Shown here: positions 22,632 to 31,229 of the stretch, in pieces | Position numbering within the stretch: the first letter of the stretch is position 1 | Layout of the letters: the number at the start of each line of letters is the position of its first letter | From: Moraxella nasovis | GTDB taxonomy: Bacteria > Pseudomonadota > Gammaproteobacteria > Pseudomonadales > Moraxellaceae | Reading direction: 5' to 3' | Assembly (NCBI RefSeq): GCF_022701215.1 | Contig: NZ_CP089976.1 | Location: forward strand, 1,200,001 to 1,232,000 | DNA length: 32,000 nt | Notes under the pieces: model-generated | What the model was told of the DNA's origin: nothing | Database searches by the model: none | What the model saw: the letters and a program-made list of their open reading frames with translations, nothing else | Made by a program: the position numbers and the translations under genes

Positions 22632-23531
22632 TTAAGGTGTGTTAAATTTGTCTAGATACCCGCTTATCCATTTGGTCATCGCCATCACTTTTGGGGTGTG
22701 AGCAAGGCGACTTTGGTAGGTCATGTAGTAGGCGTTTTGGCTTTGTAGTTTTTGATTGATTGCCAGCACAAGTGTGCCATCATTTAACTCTTTATCCACA
22801 AAACGCTTTGGCACAAGGGCAATGCCACAGCCAATCATGGCAGCATTGATACACGCAAAAAAGCTGTCAAATTTTGCCCCAATAAGCGTCTGGCACGCCA
22901 CGCCAAGCTCGGCAAAATACGCCTGCCACATGGTTGGGCGAGAGCGGATTTGCAAAAGGGGATAATGAGTAAGCTTATCTGAGTCTGTCTCCTTGGGCAG
23001 ATAATCAGGGCGACACACCGCCACCATATATTCATCAAAGAGCTTAACAGCGTCCATACCCACCCACACCCCATTACCAAACAAAAACGCCATGTCCACA
23101 CCGCCAGTATCTACAAGTGGCTCGGCAACCTCCTTGATGTCTAAATGGATAAGTGGGTGGCTTGCCCCAAAGCCTTTTAGGGCAGGAATGAGCCATTTGG
23201 CACAAAAGGTAGGGTGGCAGGCGATGGAGAGTATCTCGCCTTCTTGGTGTTTGACCATCATGGATAGGCTTGCGTGCTGAATTTGTGCCAAGATGGCAAG
23301 CGTGTCTTTATAATAACTTTGCCCAGCAGGCGACAGCTCAATACCTTGATTGACACGATAAAACAGCTGTACACCAAGCAATTCTTCTAATTGGGCAACC
23401 TGTTTGCTGACTGCACTTTGGGTCATGTGCAGCTCTTTACCTGCTTTGGTGAAACTAAGATGCCGTCCTGCCGCCTCAAAGCATTGCAAGGCGGTGGTTG
23501 ATGGGTATTTGCGAAAGTTGGTTGTATGCAT
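22632..23531 (-). CDS. LysR-family transcriptional regulator
   Basis: 299 aa. The N-terminal wHTH is ..ALQCFEAAGRHLSFTKAGKELHMTQSAVSKQVAQLEELLGVQLFYR.., followed by a periplasmic-binding-protein-like effector domain. Confidence 0.9.
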   Translation of the reverse strand: MHTTNFRKYPSTTALQCFEAAGRHLSFTKAGKELHMTQSAVSKQVAQLEELLGVQLFYRVNQGIELSPAGQSYYKDTLAILAQIQHASLSMMVKHQEGEILSIACHPTFCAKWLIPALKGFGASHPLIHLDIKEVAEPLVDTGGVDMAFLFGNGVWVGMDAVKLFDEYMVAVCRPDYLPKETDSDKLTHYPLLQIRSRPTMWQAYFAELGVACQTLIGAKFDSFFACINAAMIGCGIALVPKRFVDKELNDGTLVLAINQKLQSQNAYYMTYQSRLAHTPKVMAMTKWISGYLDKFNTP

Positions 23532-23580
23532 GTTGGGTTTAGTAATTGGTATTTACTGAAAATTTTAGCATACTGTAAAT

Positions 23581-23613
23581 AAAAAAAGCCAGTCAAATCA
23601 GACTGGCTTTTTT
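23581..23613 (-). terminator. Bidirectional rho-independent terminator after tRNA-Glu
   Basis: A7-agccagtc-aaatca-gactggct-T6. Confidence 0.7.
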
Positions 23614-23620
23614 GGAATAG

Positions 23621-23696
23621 TGGCATCCCATAGGGGATTCGAACCCCTGTTACCGCCGTGAAAGGGCGGTGTCCTAGGCCTCTAGACGAATGGGAC
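23621..23696 (-). tRNA. tRNA-Glu (anticodon UUC)
   Basis: The reverse complement GTCCCATTCGTCTAGAGGCCTAGGACACCGCCCTTTCACGGCGGTAACAGGGGTTCGAATCCCCTATGGGATGCCA folds as a cloverleaf. The anticodon loop is CTTTCAC and CCA is encoded. Confidence 0.95.
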
Positions 23697-23817
23697 GCAT
23701 AGAGTGGGTAGTAGACACCAATATATCTTTTAACCCGAAAACGACAAATAAGCCGTTATAACAACGTAAGAATGCTTTAAAAGCGTGCCTAGGTGCTTAC
23801 GTTGAACTTAGCGTTAC

Positions 23818-23893
23818 TGGTGGAGCTAAGCGGAGTCGAACCGCTGACCCCTTGCATGCCATGCAAGTGCTCTACCAACTGAGCTATAGCCCC
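23818..23893 (-). tRNA. tRNA-Ala (anticodon GGC)
   Basis: The reverse complement is GGGGCTATAGCTCAGTTGGTAGAGCACTTGCATGGCATGCAAGGGGTCAGCGGTTCGACTCCGCTTAGCTCCACCA. It has the G3:U70 identity pair, anticodon loop ATGGCAT and encoded CCA. Confidence 0.95.
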
Positions 23894-23910
23894 TTTGCTA
23901 AGGTGGGCGT

Positions 23911-23939
23911 ATTATATAAGCTCATCTTTATTTTGTCAA
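23911..23939 (-). promoter_or_regulatory. Consensus sigma70 promoter of the tRNA-Ala/tRNA-Glu operon
   Basis: On the minus strand: TTGACA, a 17-nt spacer, TATAAT, then the GC-rich discriminator acgcccacc. The tRNA starts 17 nt after the -10. A very AT-rich, UP-element-like tract lies upstream (23940-23990). Confidence 0.75.
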
Positions 23940-24161
23940 ATCAAAATTTGAAAAAATCATTTAAAAATTATTTAACTTTATGATTTTAAATCATTTTATT
24001 TTTAATTGGCAGGGGCTACCAAGTGAGTGTGCCTGCATTATTCAGTGTTATTTGTATGAGTTATTTGGGTGTCTGTAATGCTTATAAGAGTGTCGTTTTT
24101 TAACCTTTTGGCGTGGTTAAAATACGTTTATGACCTGCTATGCAACCTAAAAAAAGCTTAG

Positions 24162-24199
24162 AAAAAAAGCTTAGGTCATATAAGATAACCTAAGCTTTT
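24162..24199 (-). terminator. Rho-independent terminator after gltX
   Basis: On the minus strand: aaaagcttaggt-N11-acctaagctttt followed by a T-run. Confidence 0.7.
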
Positions 24200-24220
24200 T
24201 GGCAATTTTGACCTACCAGA

Positions 24221-25717
24221 TTAAGCTAAAAAGTTAGGCAATCTTGCGTTTGTTTCTTCTAGTTTTTTTAGCTTTTTTTTGCCCATGCCACCAAGCACTT
24301 CACACGCATGACGCAGACGAGCCAAGGTCATATCTGCACCGATGACGTACATAGAATTCATCACAGGCGTGCTGGCAGTCGTACCTGCAATCGCCACAAA
24401 AAACGGCTGCATAAAATCTTTTAGCTTAATCTCAAAATGAGCCGACAAGCCTTTCATGACAGCGTAAATATTCTCTTCGCTCCATGTAGGTAGGGCTTCA
24501 AGCTGCCATGTGGCAAGGTATAAAATCTCTAAAATCTGCTCACTCGTTAATGACTTATGAGTAAAATCATCTGCCGTAATATTTGGCAAATTGGTAAAAT
24601 AAAAGCCTGCCCAATTTACCGCGTCTGATAAAGTGTTAATGCGTGGTTGTATGGCTTTAGCAATGGCATTTAGCTTGTCATCATTACTTGCCCATGCTAA
24701 CAGGCGGTTTTTAAGCTCACAGCTGTCCATTGCACGTAAGTACTCGCCATTTAGCCAGTAGAGTTTTTCGATATCAAATACAGGCCCGCCAAGCGACACA
24801 CGAGTGATGTCAAAGCTTGCAATCATCTCATCAAGTGTAAATTTTTCTGCTTCATTAGGTAAGCTATAACCCATACGCCCTAGGTAGTTTAGTAGGGCTT
24901 CAGGCAGTACGCCTGCATCACGATAATAGGTGATGGATGTGGGGTTTTTACGTTTTGACAGCTTGGATTTATCCGGATTACGCAGCAGCGGCATATGACA
25001 AAGCACAGGCATCTCCCAACCAAAGTATTCATAAAGCAGCTTATGCTTAGGGGCTGAGCTAATCCATTCTTCGCCACGAATGACGTGAGTAATTTGCATA
25101 AGATGATCATCAACGACGTTTGCCAAATGATAGGTAGGTAGCCCATCTGTTTTTAGTAAAACTTGCATATCCACGTTTTCATAAGGGATTTCAATTTTAC
25201 CACGCAGCATATCATCAATCACGCACACGCCATCAGTTGGCACTTTCATGCGAATAACAAAAGGCTTTCCACTGTTTGCAAGCTTATCAGATTCTTCACG
25301 GCTTAAATTGGCATAACGCCCGTCATATTTGACAGCTAAGCCTTGTGCCATCTGCTCTTCACGCATTTTATCCAATTCGTCAGGTGTGCAAAAGCAGCGA
25401 AACGCCAAGCCTTTATCAAGCAGTTCTTCGGCGTACTTTTTATAAATATCCATGCGTTCAGACTGACGATAAGGAGCGTAAGGCCCGCCAATATCAGGAC
25501 CTTCACTCCATGACAGCCCTGCCCATTTTAGGGCGTCTAAAATCATTGCTTCAGATTGAGCGGTTGAGCGGACTTGGTCGGTGTCTTCAATTCTTAGGAT
25601 AAATTCGCCACCATTAGCCTTAGCAAAAACCATGTTAAAAAGGGCAATGTAAGCAGTACCAACGTGCGGAAAGCCAGTGGGGCTAGGGGCGATACGAGTG
25701 CGAATAGGTCGTGTCAT
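24221..25717 (-). CDS. gltX: Glutamate--tRNA ligase
   Basis: 498 aa with a HIGH-type motif ([13 protein letters not shown]) and KLSKRK (KMSKS-type). N-terminus is [15 protein letters not shown].. Confidence 0.95.
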   Translation of the reverse strand: MTRPIRTRIAPSPTGFPHVGTAYIALFNMVFAKANGGEFILRIEDTDQVRSTAQSEAMILDALKWAGLSWSEGPDIGGPYAPYRQSERMDIYKKYAEELLDKGLAFRCFCTPDELDKMREEQMAQGLAVKYDGRYANLSREESDKLANSGKPFVIRMKVPTDGVCVIDDMLRGKIEIPYENVDMQVLLKTDGLPTYHLANVVDDHLMQITHVIRGEEWISSAPKHKLLYEYFGWEMPVLCHMPLLRNPDKSKLSKRKNPTSITYYRDAGVLPEALLNYLGRMGYSLPNEAEKFTLDEMIASFDITRVSLGGPVFDIEKLYWLNGEYLRAMDSCELKNRLLAWASNDDKLNAIAKAIQPRINTLSDAVNWAGFYFTNLPNITADDFTHKSLTSEQILEILYLATWQLEALPTWSEENIYAVMKGLSAHFEIKLKDFMQPFFVAIAGTTASTPVMNSMYVIGADMTLARLRHACEVLGGMGKKKLKKLEETNARLPNFLA

Positions 25718-25880
25718 AATAAAATCTCAAAACAAATAAACTCATTATCATATCAAATTGTCAAAGGTTTGAGTAGCTTTTATAAAAGTATTGAAAATTT
25801 TATGAAAACCAGTGATGGTGCAGCATTGTAAAAAAATGTGTAAAAATATGAAAAAAATCACCTAAAATCCTTGATTTTAC

Positions 25881-25909
25881 TTGACTATCTGTCAGTTATT
25901 GGGATAATA
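25881..25909 (+). promoter_or_regulatory. Candidate sigma70 promoter for rsmH / the dcw operon
   Basis: TTGACT (25881-25886), a 16-nt spacer, then GATAAT (25903-25908), about 80 nt upstream of the rsmH ATG. Confidence 0.45.
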
Positions 25910-25986
25910 CACCATGCAAATTTTATGTTATTTTAACGATGCAATAAACCAAAATCGCACACGCTCACCCATCATTTGACAGCACC

Positions 25987-26997
25987 ATGACCGATACCAA
26001 CGACAGCCCAGACACCTTTGTTCATCACACCGTTTTATTACACGAAACGGTAGCTTGTGTGCTTGGCGAGGTTTGTTTACCCATTTTAGCCAAAAAGTCA
26101 GGCGTTTTTGTGGACGCAACTTTTGGCAGGGGCGGGCACAGTCGGCTGTTATTAGAGCATTTGGCAGATGATGCGGTCTTGATCGTCTTTGATAAAGACC
26201 CCCAAGCGATCCAAGTTGCTAACGATCTTGCCAAAAAAGATAACCGTGTTAAGGTGGTGCATGACAGTTTTGCTCATGTGCTATCTGCCTTAGCGAAGCT
26301 AAATATCCATCAGGTAGATGGGATTATGGCAGATTTAGGCGTCTCATCTCCACAGCTTGATGATGGCAATCGTGGCTTTAGTTTCATGCGTGATGGGGCG
26401 GTGGATATGCGAATGGATACCACTCGAGGAGAGCCTGTTAGCGAGTGGCTAAAACGGGTAGACGAAGAGACGCTTGCCAATGTGCTATATACTTATGGCG
26501 AAGAGCGTCACAGTAGACGCATTGCACGTGCGATTAAGGCGATGGAAAATTATGATTCCACCTTACAGCTTGCTGAGACAATAAAACAAGCACACCCAAA
26601 TTGGCAAAAGGGAAAGCACCCTGCCACTCAGAGCTTTCAAGCCATGCGGATTTTTATCAATAATGAGCTTGGTGATGTGAAGATGTTTTTAGACGATAGT
26701 ATTAAAGCTCTAAAAACAGGCGGACATTTGGCGGTAATCAGCTTTCATTCGCTTGAAGATCGCATGATTAAGCAGTTTTTAAACAACCACAGTCGTGGGC
26801 GATATGAGGGCGATGATAAGCTGCTTATGCCGATAAAACGCCCCAAGTATTTTGGTAAGCCATATCGTATTGCTCCTAGTCATGATGAAATCAAACAAAA
26901 TCCACGTGCCAGAAGTGCTTATTTACGTGGTGCGGTGCGACTTGATACGCCGATGAGTGATGAAATTAGACTTGCCACCAATATAGATGATAAATGA
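25987..26997 (+). CDS. rsmH: 16S rRNA (cytosine1402-N4)-methyltransferase
   Basis: 336 aa. ..HHTVLLHE..VDATFGRGGHS..DLGVSSPQLD...RGFSF..DGPLDMRMD-type motifs are present, and the gene sits first in the dcw cluster. Confidence 0.95.
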   Translation: MTDTNDSPDTFVHHTVLLHETVACVLGEVCLPILAKKSGVFVDATFGRGGHSRLLLEHLADDAVLIVFDKDPQAIQVANDLAKKDNRVKVVHDSFAHVLSALAKLNIHQVDGIMADLGVSSPQLDDGNRGFSFMRDGAVDMRMDTTRGEPVSEWLKRVDEETLANVLYTYGEERHSRRIARAIKAMENYDSTLQLAETIKQAHPNWQKGKHPATQSFQAMRIFINNELGDVKMFLDDSIKALKTGGHLAVISFHSLEDRMIKQFLNNHSRGRYEGDDKLLMPIKRPKYFGKPYRIAPSHDEIKQNPRARSAYLRGAVRLDTPMSDEIRLATNIDDK

Positions 26998-27385
26998 GAT
27001 ACCAATGACGATGAACCGACACGCCCATTTAATAACAGAGCAAAATAAGCTGAGCAATGCAGGCATCAAAAAGGTATGTTTTTTGGTGTTGGGTGTGCTG
27101 TTTGTGGCGTGCTTATGGGCAGGAGCAAGCGTCGCTCGACAAACCCAAGAGCATCATAACGCTTACCGTGATTTACAAAAACTTAAAAGCGAGATGATTC
27201 GGCTGAAGATAGAAGAGCAGCGACTGCTTATCGAACAGCAGACATTTAGCAGTACACCACAAGTAGCTCAGCGTGCAACAACTGAATTGGGAATGTTTTT
27301 CCCAACTAATGATGATAGACAGGTAATCGTACCTGCTAGCGGTGTGATTGGCATTAAAAAGGTGGCTAATGATGAGAAAAACTAA
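26987..27385 (+). CDS. ftsL: Cell division protein FtsL
   Basis: Small bitopic protein with a TM segment (VCFLVLGVLFVACLWAGASV) followed by a coiled-coil (..LQKLKSEMIRLKIEEQRLLIEQQ..), located between rsmH and ftsI. The start is ambiguous: ATG 26987 overlaps rsmH by 11 nt, and the alternatives are ATG 27005 and 27011. Confidence 0.8.
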   Translation: MINEIPMTMNRHAHLITEQNKLSNAGIKKVCFLVLGVLFVACLWAGASVARQTQEHHNAYRDLQKLKSEMIRLKIEEQRLLIEQQTFSSTPQVAQRATTELGMFFPTNDDRQVIVPASGVIGIKKVANDEKN

Positions 27386-29390
27386 AAAAACAACAGGAGC
27401 TGCATCTATCATCACTGAGCCACTGCGTAAAAAGAATGCTAATGCTACTAAGGCAAACCCAGCATCAAGCACCAAAAAATTGGCAGCATCTAAATTGACT
27501 CGTACCAAAAAACGCCATGGAGCAATGCAAATGGGCGGTGCTCATGACTGGCAGCGTTATAGCATTGTTTGGGGTATTATTCTGTTATGCTTTTTTGTGC
27601 TTTTTGCTAGAGCGTTTTATTTGCAGGTGCTTAATGCAGATTATTATATTGAAAAAGGCGACAGTCTGATCACTGTTAAACAAAGCCCAGTCGTCTATCG
27701 TGGCATGATAGTGGATACCTTAGGCATGCCACTTGCTGCCAATGCTCCATTGTCTATCATTGCTTTTAGCCCTTATGATTATGCTCAAAAATACTACCAC
27801 CTAAAAAAAATCCTTGCCGATAACTCAATCCAAAAAGGCGATAGAAAAAAGCAACTGTCCGCCAAACAGATTAAAGAGCGTGATAGAGCAATACAAGAGC
27901 TGGATGATATGCAGCTTGTTAAGCTTGCAGCATTAACCAACTTCCCATTAGAGCGGCTACAAAAAGCGGTAAAAATTGACGATACCATTGATGTCACAGA
28001 CGAAGATGCCGTCAAAAATGCTCTGCCAACAGGTGCAGGCTCTCGTCATTTGGTATTACTTAATAAAGTGTCTCCAGAAGTGGCAGCACCTGTGTTAGCG
28101 GCTGATTTTGTTGGTGTCACTGAGTCAAAATTTTTTCAAAGATACTACTTACAAGCAGAACCCAATGCCCAAATTCTAGGCTATATGGCTCAGTCAAGCG
28201 GTGATGATGGCGGTTATGTGGGGCGTGCTGGCATTGAGTCAAAATACGAAAAACGCCTAGCAGGAGAGCGGGGTCAGTATTTAATGCTAAGAGATGCTCG
28301 CCGTTCTGCCATTAAAGAATTAAAACAGATTAAGCCAGAAGTACCTGCCCAAGACGTTCATTTGACGATTGATTCTAGGCTACAATATGTGCTTTATAAG
28401 GAGCTTGAAAAAGTAGGGCGTGAGCAGTCGGCACGATCAAGTTCTGGTATGGTGGTGGATGTTGCTACAGGTGATGTACTTGCTATGAGTACATGGCCAT
28501 CGTTTAATAGTAATAATTTATCGGAGCGAACAGGGGCAAATGAGCGAAATCGTCCTGTGCTAGACGTTTTTGAGCCAGGTTCTGTGATGAAGCCTTTTAC
28601 GGTTGCAGCTGCTCTTGAGTCGGGCAAATACACGACAAGCACACTGATTGATACGTCGCCAGGCTCTATTAGAATCGGTGGCTATTCGATTCGTGATGCG
28701 GGAAACTATGGACAAATCACCCTAGCTAAGCTAATCCAAAAGTCAAGTAACGTTGCGCCTGCTAAGATTGCACTGAGTTTACCTAATGATGCCATTGCCA
28801 ATATGCAGCGTAAATTTGGATTAGGTCAAAAAACTGCCTTGCAATTTCCTGCTGAGGCGACAGGCAAGGTGACCGTGCCAGACGAAAAAGACAGTTCGCG
28901 CCGCGCCACAATGGCATATGGTTATGGTCAGCAAATCACCTTAGCCCAGCTTGCCCAAGCCTATGCTGTGCTTGGCAATAACGGCAAGATGCAGCCACTT
29001 AGACTGGTTAAAGATGAGCCAATGGTAGAGCCGACCCAAATTATCTCACCACGCCACGCCCAAGAAGTGGTCGGCATGATGGAGCTGGTTACTCAGGCAG
29101 GCGGCACGGCACGATCAGCAGCAATTAACGGCTATCGTGTGGCAGGCAAGACAGGAACGACACGCCGAAATAACCCGAACGGTGGCTATTATAATGACCA
29201 ACACCGTACGGTGTTTGCAGGCATTGCACCTGCAAGTAACCCACGCTTTGTGACAGTTATTTGGGTAGAAGATCCACGAGAGAATTTCTATGCAGGCAAA
29301 GTGGCAGCACCTGTATTTCATAATGTCATGAAAGAGGCACTGCGGATTTATAATGTGCCATTTGATAAGCCACTTACCGAACATCAATAA
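27369..29390 (+). CDS. ftsI: Peptidoglycan D,D-transpeptidase FtsI (PBP3)
   Basis: SVMK (SxxK), SSN and KTGT motifs are present, with a TM segment YSIVWGIILLCFFVLFARAF. ATG 27369 overlaps the ftsL 3' end. Internal ATGs at 27525 and 27531 (GGAG upstream) are alternative starts. Confidence 0.9.
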   Translation: MMRKTKKTTGAASIITEPLRKKNANATKANPASSTKKLAASKLTRTKKRHGAMQMGGAHDWQRYSIVWGIILLCFFVLFARAFYLQVLNADYYIEKGDSLITVKQSPVVYRGMIVDTLGMPLAANAPLSIIAFSPYDYAQKYYHLKKILADNSIQKGDRKKQLSAKQIKERDRAIQELDDMQLVKLAALTNFPLERLQKAVKIDDTIDVTDEDAVKNALPTGAGSRHLVLLNKVSPEVAAPVLAADFVGVTESKFFQRYYLQAEPNAQILGYMAQSSGDDGGYVGRAGIESKYEKRLAGERGQYLMLRDARRSAIKELKQIKPEVPAQDVHLTIDSRLQYVLYKELEKVGREQSARSSSGMVVDVATGDVLAMSTWPSFNSNNLSERTGANERNRPVLDVFEPGSVMKPFTVAAALESGKYTTSTLIDTSPGSIRIGGYSIRDAGNYGQITLAKLIQKSSNVAPAKIALSLPNDAIANMQRKFGLGQKTALQFPAEATGKVTVPDEKDSSRRATMAYGYGQQITLAQLAQAYAVLGNNGKMQPLRLVKDEPMVEPTQIISPRHAQEVVGMMELVTQAGGTARSAAINGYRVAGKTGTTRRNNPNGGYYNDQHRTVFAGIAPASNPRFVTVIWVEDPRENFYAGKVAAPVFHNVMKEALRIYNVPFDKPLTEHQ

Positions 29391-29420
29391 TTCATTGGGA
29401 TAAATTCATTGGAATAAATT

Positions 29421-30944
29421 ATGAAAATTGCCGAATTTAAGCTCTCAAGCGACATACAAAATAAACTTGACCAAGTGGCAAATCTAGAATTTAATGGCTT
29501 TGCTGTGGATAGTCGTAAGCTTATACAGGGTAATGCTTTTATTTTATTAAAATCCCAAAACCCTAATGCAACTGTGGATTTGTCCGTGTTGTCAGCTTAT
29601 TTAACCCAAGTTCAAGATAAGGCAGCTTTTGTGTTATCTGAAGTGGATGTTTTGCCGATTGCTGATGACTTTGACTTGCCGATTGTGATTGTGCCAAATA
29701 TCCGTGAATACCTAGGGGAACTCATCGCCCAAAGCCTACAACATAACCACGCAGCTAAACTGCCTACTGTTGTTGCGGTGACAGGTACTAATGGCAAGAC
29801 GACCATCAGCCAGCTGACCGCTCAGCTTATCAGTGGTGCTGGCGTGATGACAGCGGTGATGGGAACGGCAGGTAATGGTATTTTACCAGACTTAAGCCAA
29901 AGCACGCACACCACACTTGAATCGTTCCACTTACACCACGCCATGCATGATTTTGCGACAAAAGGCGTGCAAGTTTTGTGCGTTGAAGCAAGCTCTCATG
30001 GCTTGCATCAGCACCGCTTGCAGGGCGTGCCAATTAGCGTAGCGGTATTTAGCAATCTAAGCCGAGATCATTTAGATTATCATGCTGATATGGATGACTA
30101 TGCCGCCGCTAAAGCAAAGCTGTTTGATAAAGACTTATTTTCAAGATTGACCCATGCTGTTATCCACCTAGATGATGAATTTAGCGGGCTGATGATTGAT
30201 AAAGCTAAGCACTCTAAATTGACAGTTTGGACGTATAGTACAACGAATGCACAGGCGACATTTTTTGCTAAAAATATCACCCCAAGTTTAGATGGCGTTC
30301 GTTTTACGCTGGTTTGCCCATTTGGCGAGATAGCGTTAAATAGCCCGTTACTTGGGCTATTTAATGTGGCAAATTTATTAGCGAGCGTGGCGACATTATT
30401 AGCAATTAGCCCAAGTGCCTTTAATGATTTGCCAAAATTAGTTGCCCATTTACAAGGTGCTAGGGGGCGAATGGAGAGAGTTTGCCCTGATAAAACCCCT
30501 TGTGTTATCGTTGATTATGCCCATACACCAGACGCATTAACGCAAGTTTTGACAAACCTAAAAGCCCACTGCTTAGGCAAGCTTTGGGCGGTGTTCGGCT
30601 GTGGTGGCGATAGGGATAGGGGTAAGCGTCCCTTGATGGCAAAGGCAGGGCTTGCTTTGGCAGATAAAGTTGTGCTAACAAGCGATAATCCACGCACCGA
30701 AAAGCCGACCGCCATCTTAGCTGATATGCAAGTGGGTATGACTTGCGAAGAGCATTATAAGACGGTGATTGAGGCTGACCGTGCTAAAGCCATTGAGTAT
30801 GCGGTAAAAAACGCTAACGCTGATGATATCGTGGTTATCGCAGGTAAGGGGCATGAGACTTACCAAGAGATTAATGGTGTAAGGCATGATTTTGATGATA
30901 CGGTAGTGGTAAAGTCACTACTCAATGAAGATGGCTTAGACTAA
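29421..30944 (+). CDS. murE: UDP-N-acetylmuramoyl-L-alanyl-D-glutamate--2,6-diaminopimelate ligase
   Basis: 507 aa with the P-loop VTGTNGKTT and the DNPR motif (meso-DAP specificity), in dcw position after ftsI. Confidence 0.95.
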   Translation: MKIAEFKLSSDIQNKLDQVANLEFNGFAVDSRKLIQGNAFILLKSQNPNATVDLSVLSAYLTQVQDKAAFVLSEVDVLPIADDFDLPIVIVPNIREYLGELIAQSLQHNHAAKLPTVVAVTGTNGKTTISQLTAQLISGAGVMTAVMGTAGNGILPDLSQSTHTTLESFHLHHAMHDFATKGVQVLCVEASSHGLHQHRLQGVPISVAVFSNLSRDHLDYHADMDDYAAAKAKLFDKDLFSRLTHAVIHLDDEFSGLMIDKAKHSKLTVWTYSTTNAQATFFAKNITPSLDGVRFTLVCPFGEIALNSPLLGLFNVANLLASVATLLAISPSAFNDLPKLVAHLQGARGRMERVCPDKTPCVIVDYAHTPDALTQVLTNLKAHCLGKLWAVFGCGGDRDRGKRPLMAKAGLALADKVVLTSDNPRTEKPTAILADMQVGMTCEEHYKTVIEADRAKAIEYAVKNANADDIVVIAGKGHETYQEINGVRHDFDDTVVVKSLLNEDGLD

Positions 30945-31073
30945 CTAACTACGCTAGAGAATATGGAATATAACAAGGTTAAGTGTCTAACAATAAGATT
31001 AAGATTATAGGCATAGATGTATTTTTGTAGTTTGGCATTCGTTTTTAGATTTAGTATTGTTGTGCGATAAGAG

Positions 31074-31104
31074 CCGAAAATCTGATGATTTTCGGTTTTT
31101 ATTT
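31074..31104 (+). terminator. Rho-independent terminator downstream of murE
   Basis: ccgaaaatc-tgat-gattttcgg followed by tttttattt. Confidence 0.7.
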
Positions 31105-31229
31105 GGTCTTAATTTTAATGACATGTAACCAAAACTAAACGTTTTATTTCACTTTAGGCGGTTGACTTATGATAAAATTATCGGTTTAGGAAAAATTAAT
31201 CCGTTGTTTTGATTTTGGCAAAAAAGATC

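Noticed and set aside
25928-26119. 63-aa minus-strand ORF at the head of the dcw cluster, considered as a possible mraZ remnant
   Set aside because: It is on the wrong strand, overlaps the rsmH start, and shows no resemblance to the duplicated SpoVT/AbrB-like MraZ pattern.
31148-31180. Possible promoter for the histidine-phosphatase gene (TTGACT at 31162-31167; TGATAAAAT extended -10-like at 31169-31177)
   Set aside because: The TTGACT and the TAAAAT are only 5 nt apart, so they cannot act together. The extended -10 reading has no acceptable -35. This is too weak to annotate, although some promoter must exist if the upstream terminator is efficient.
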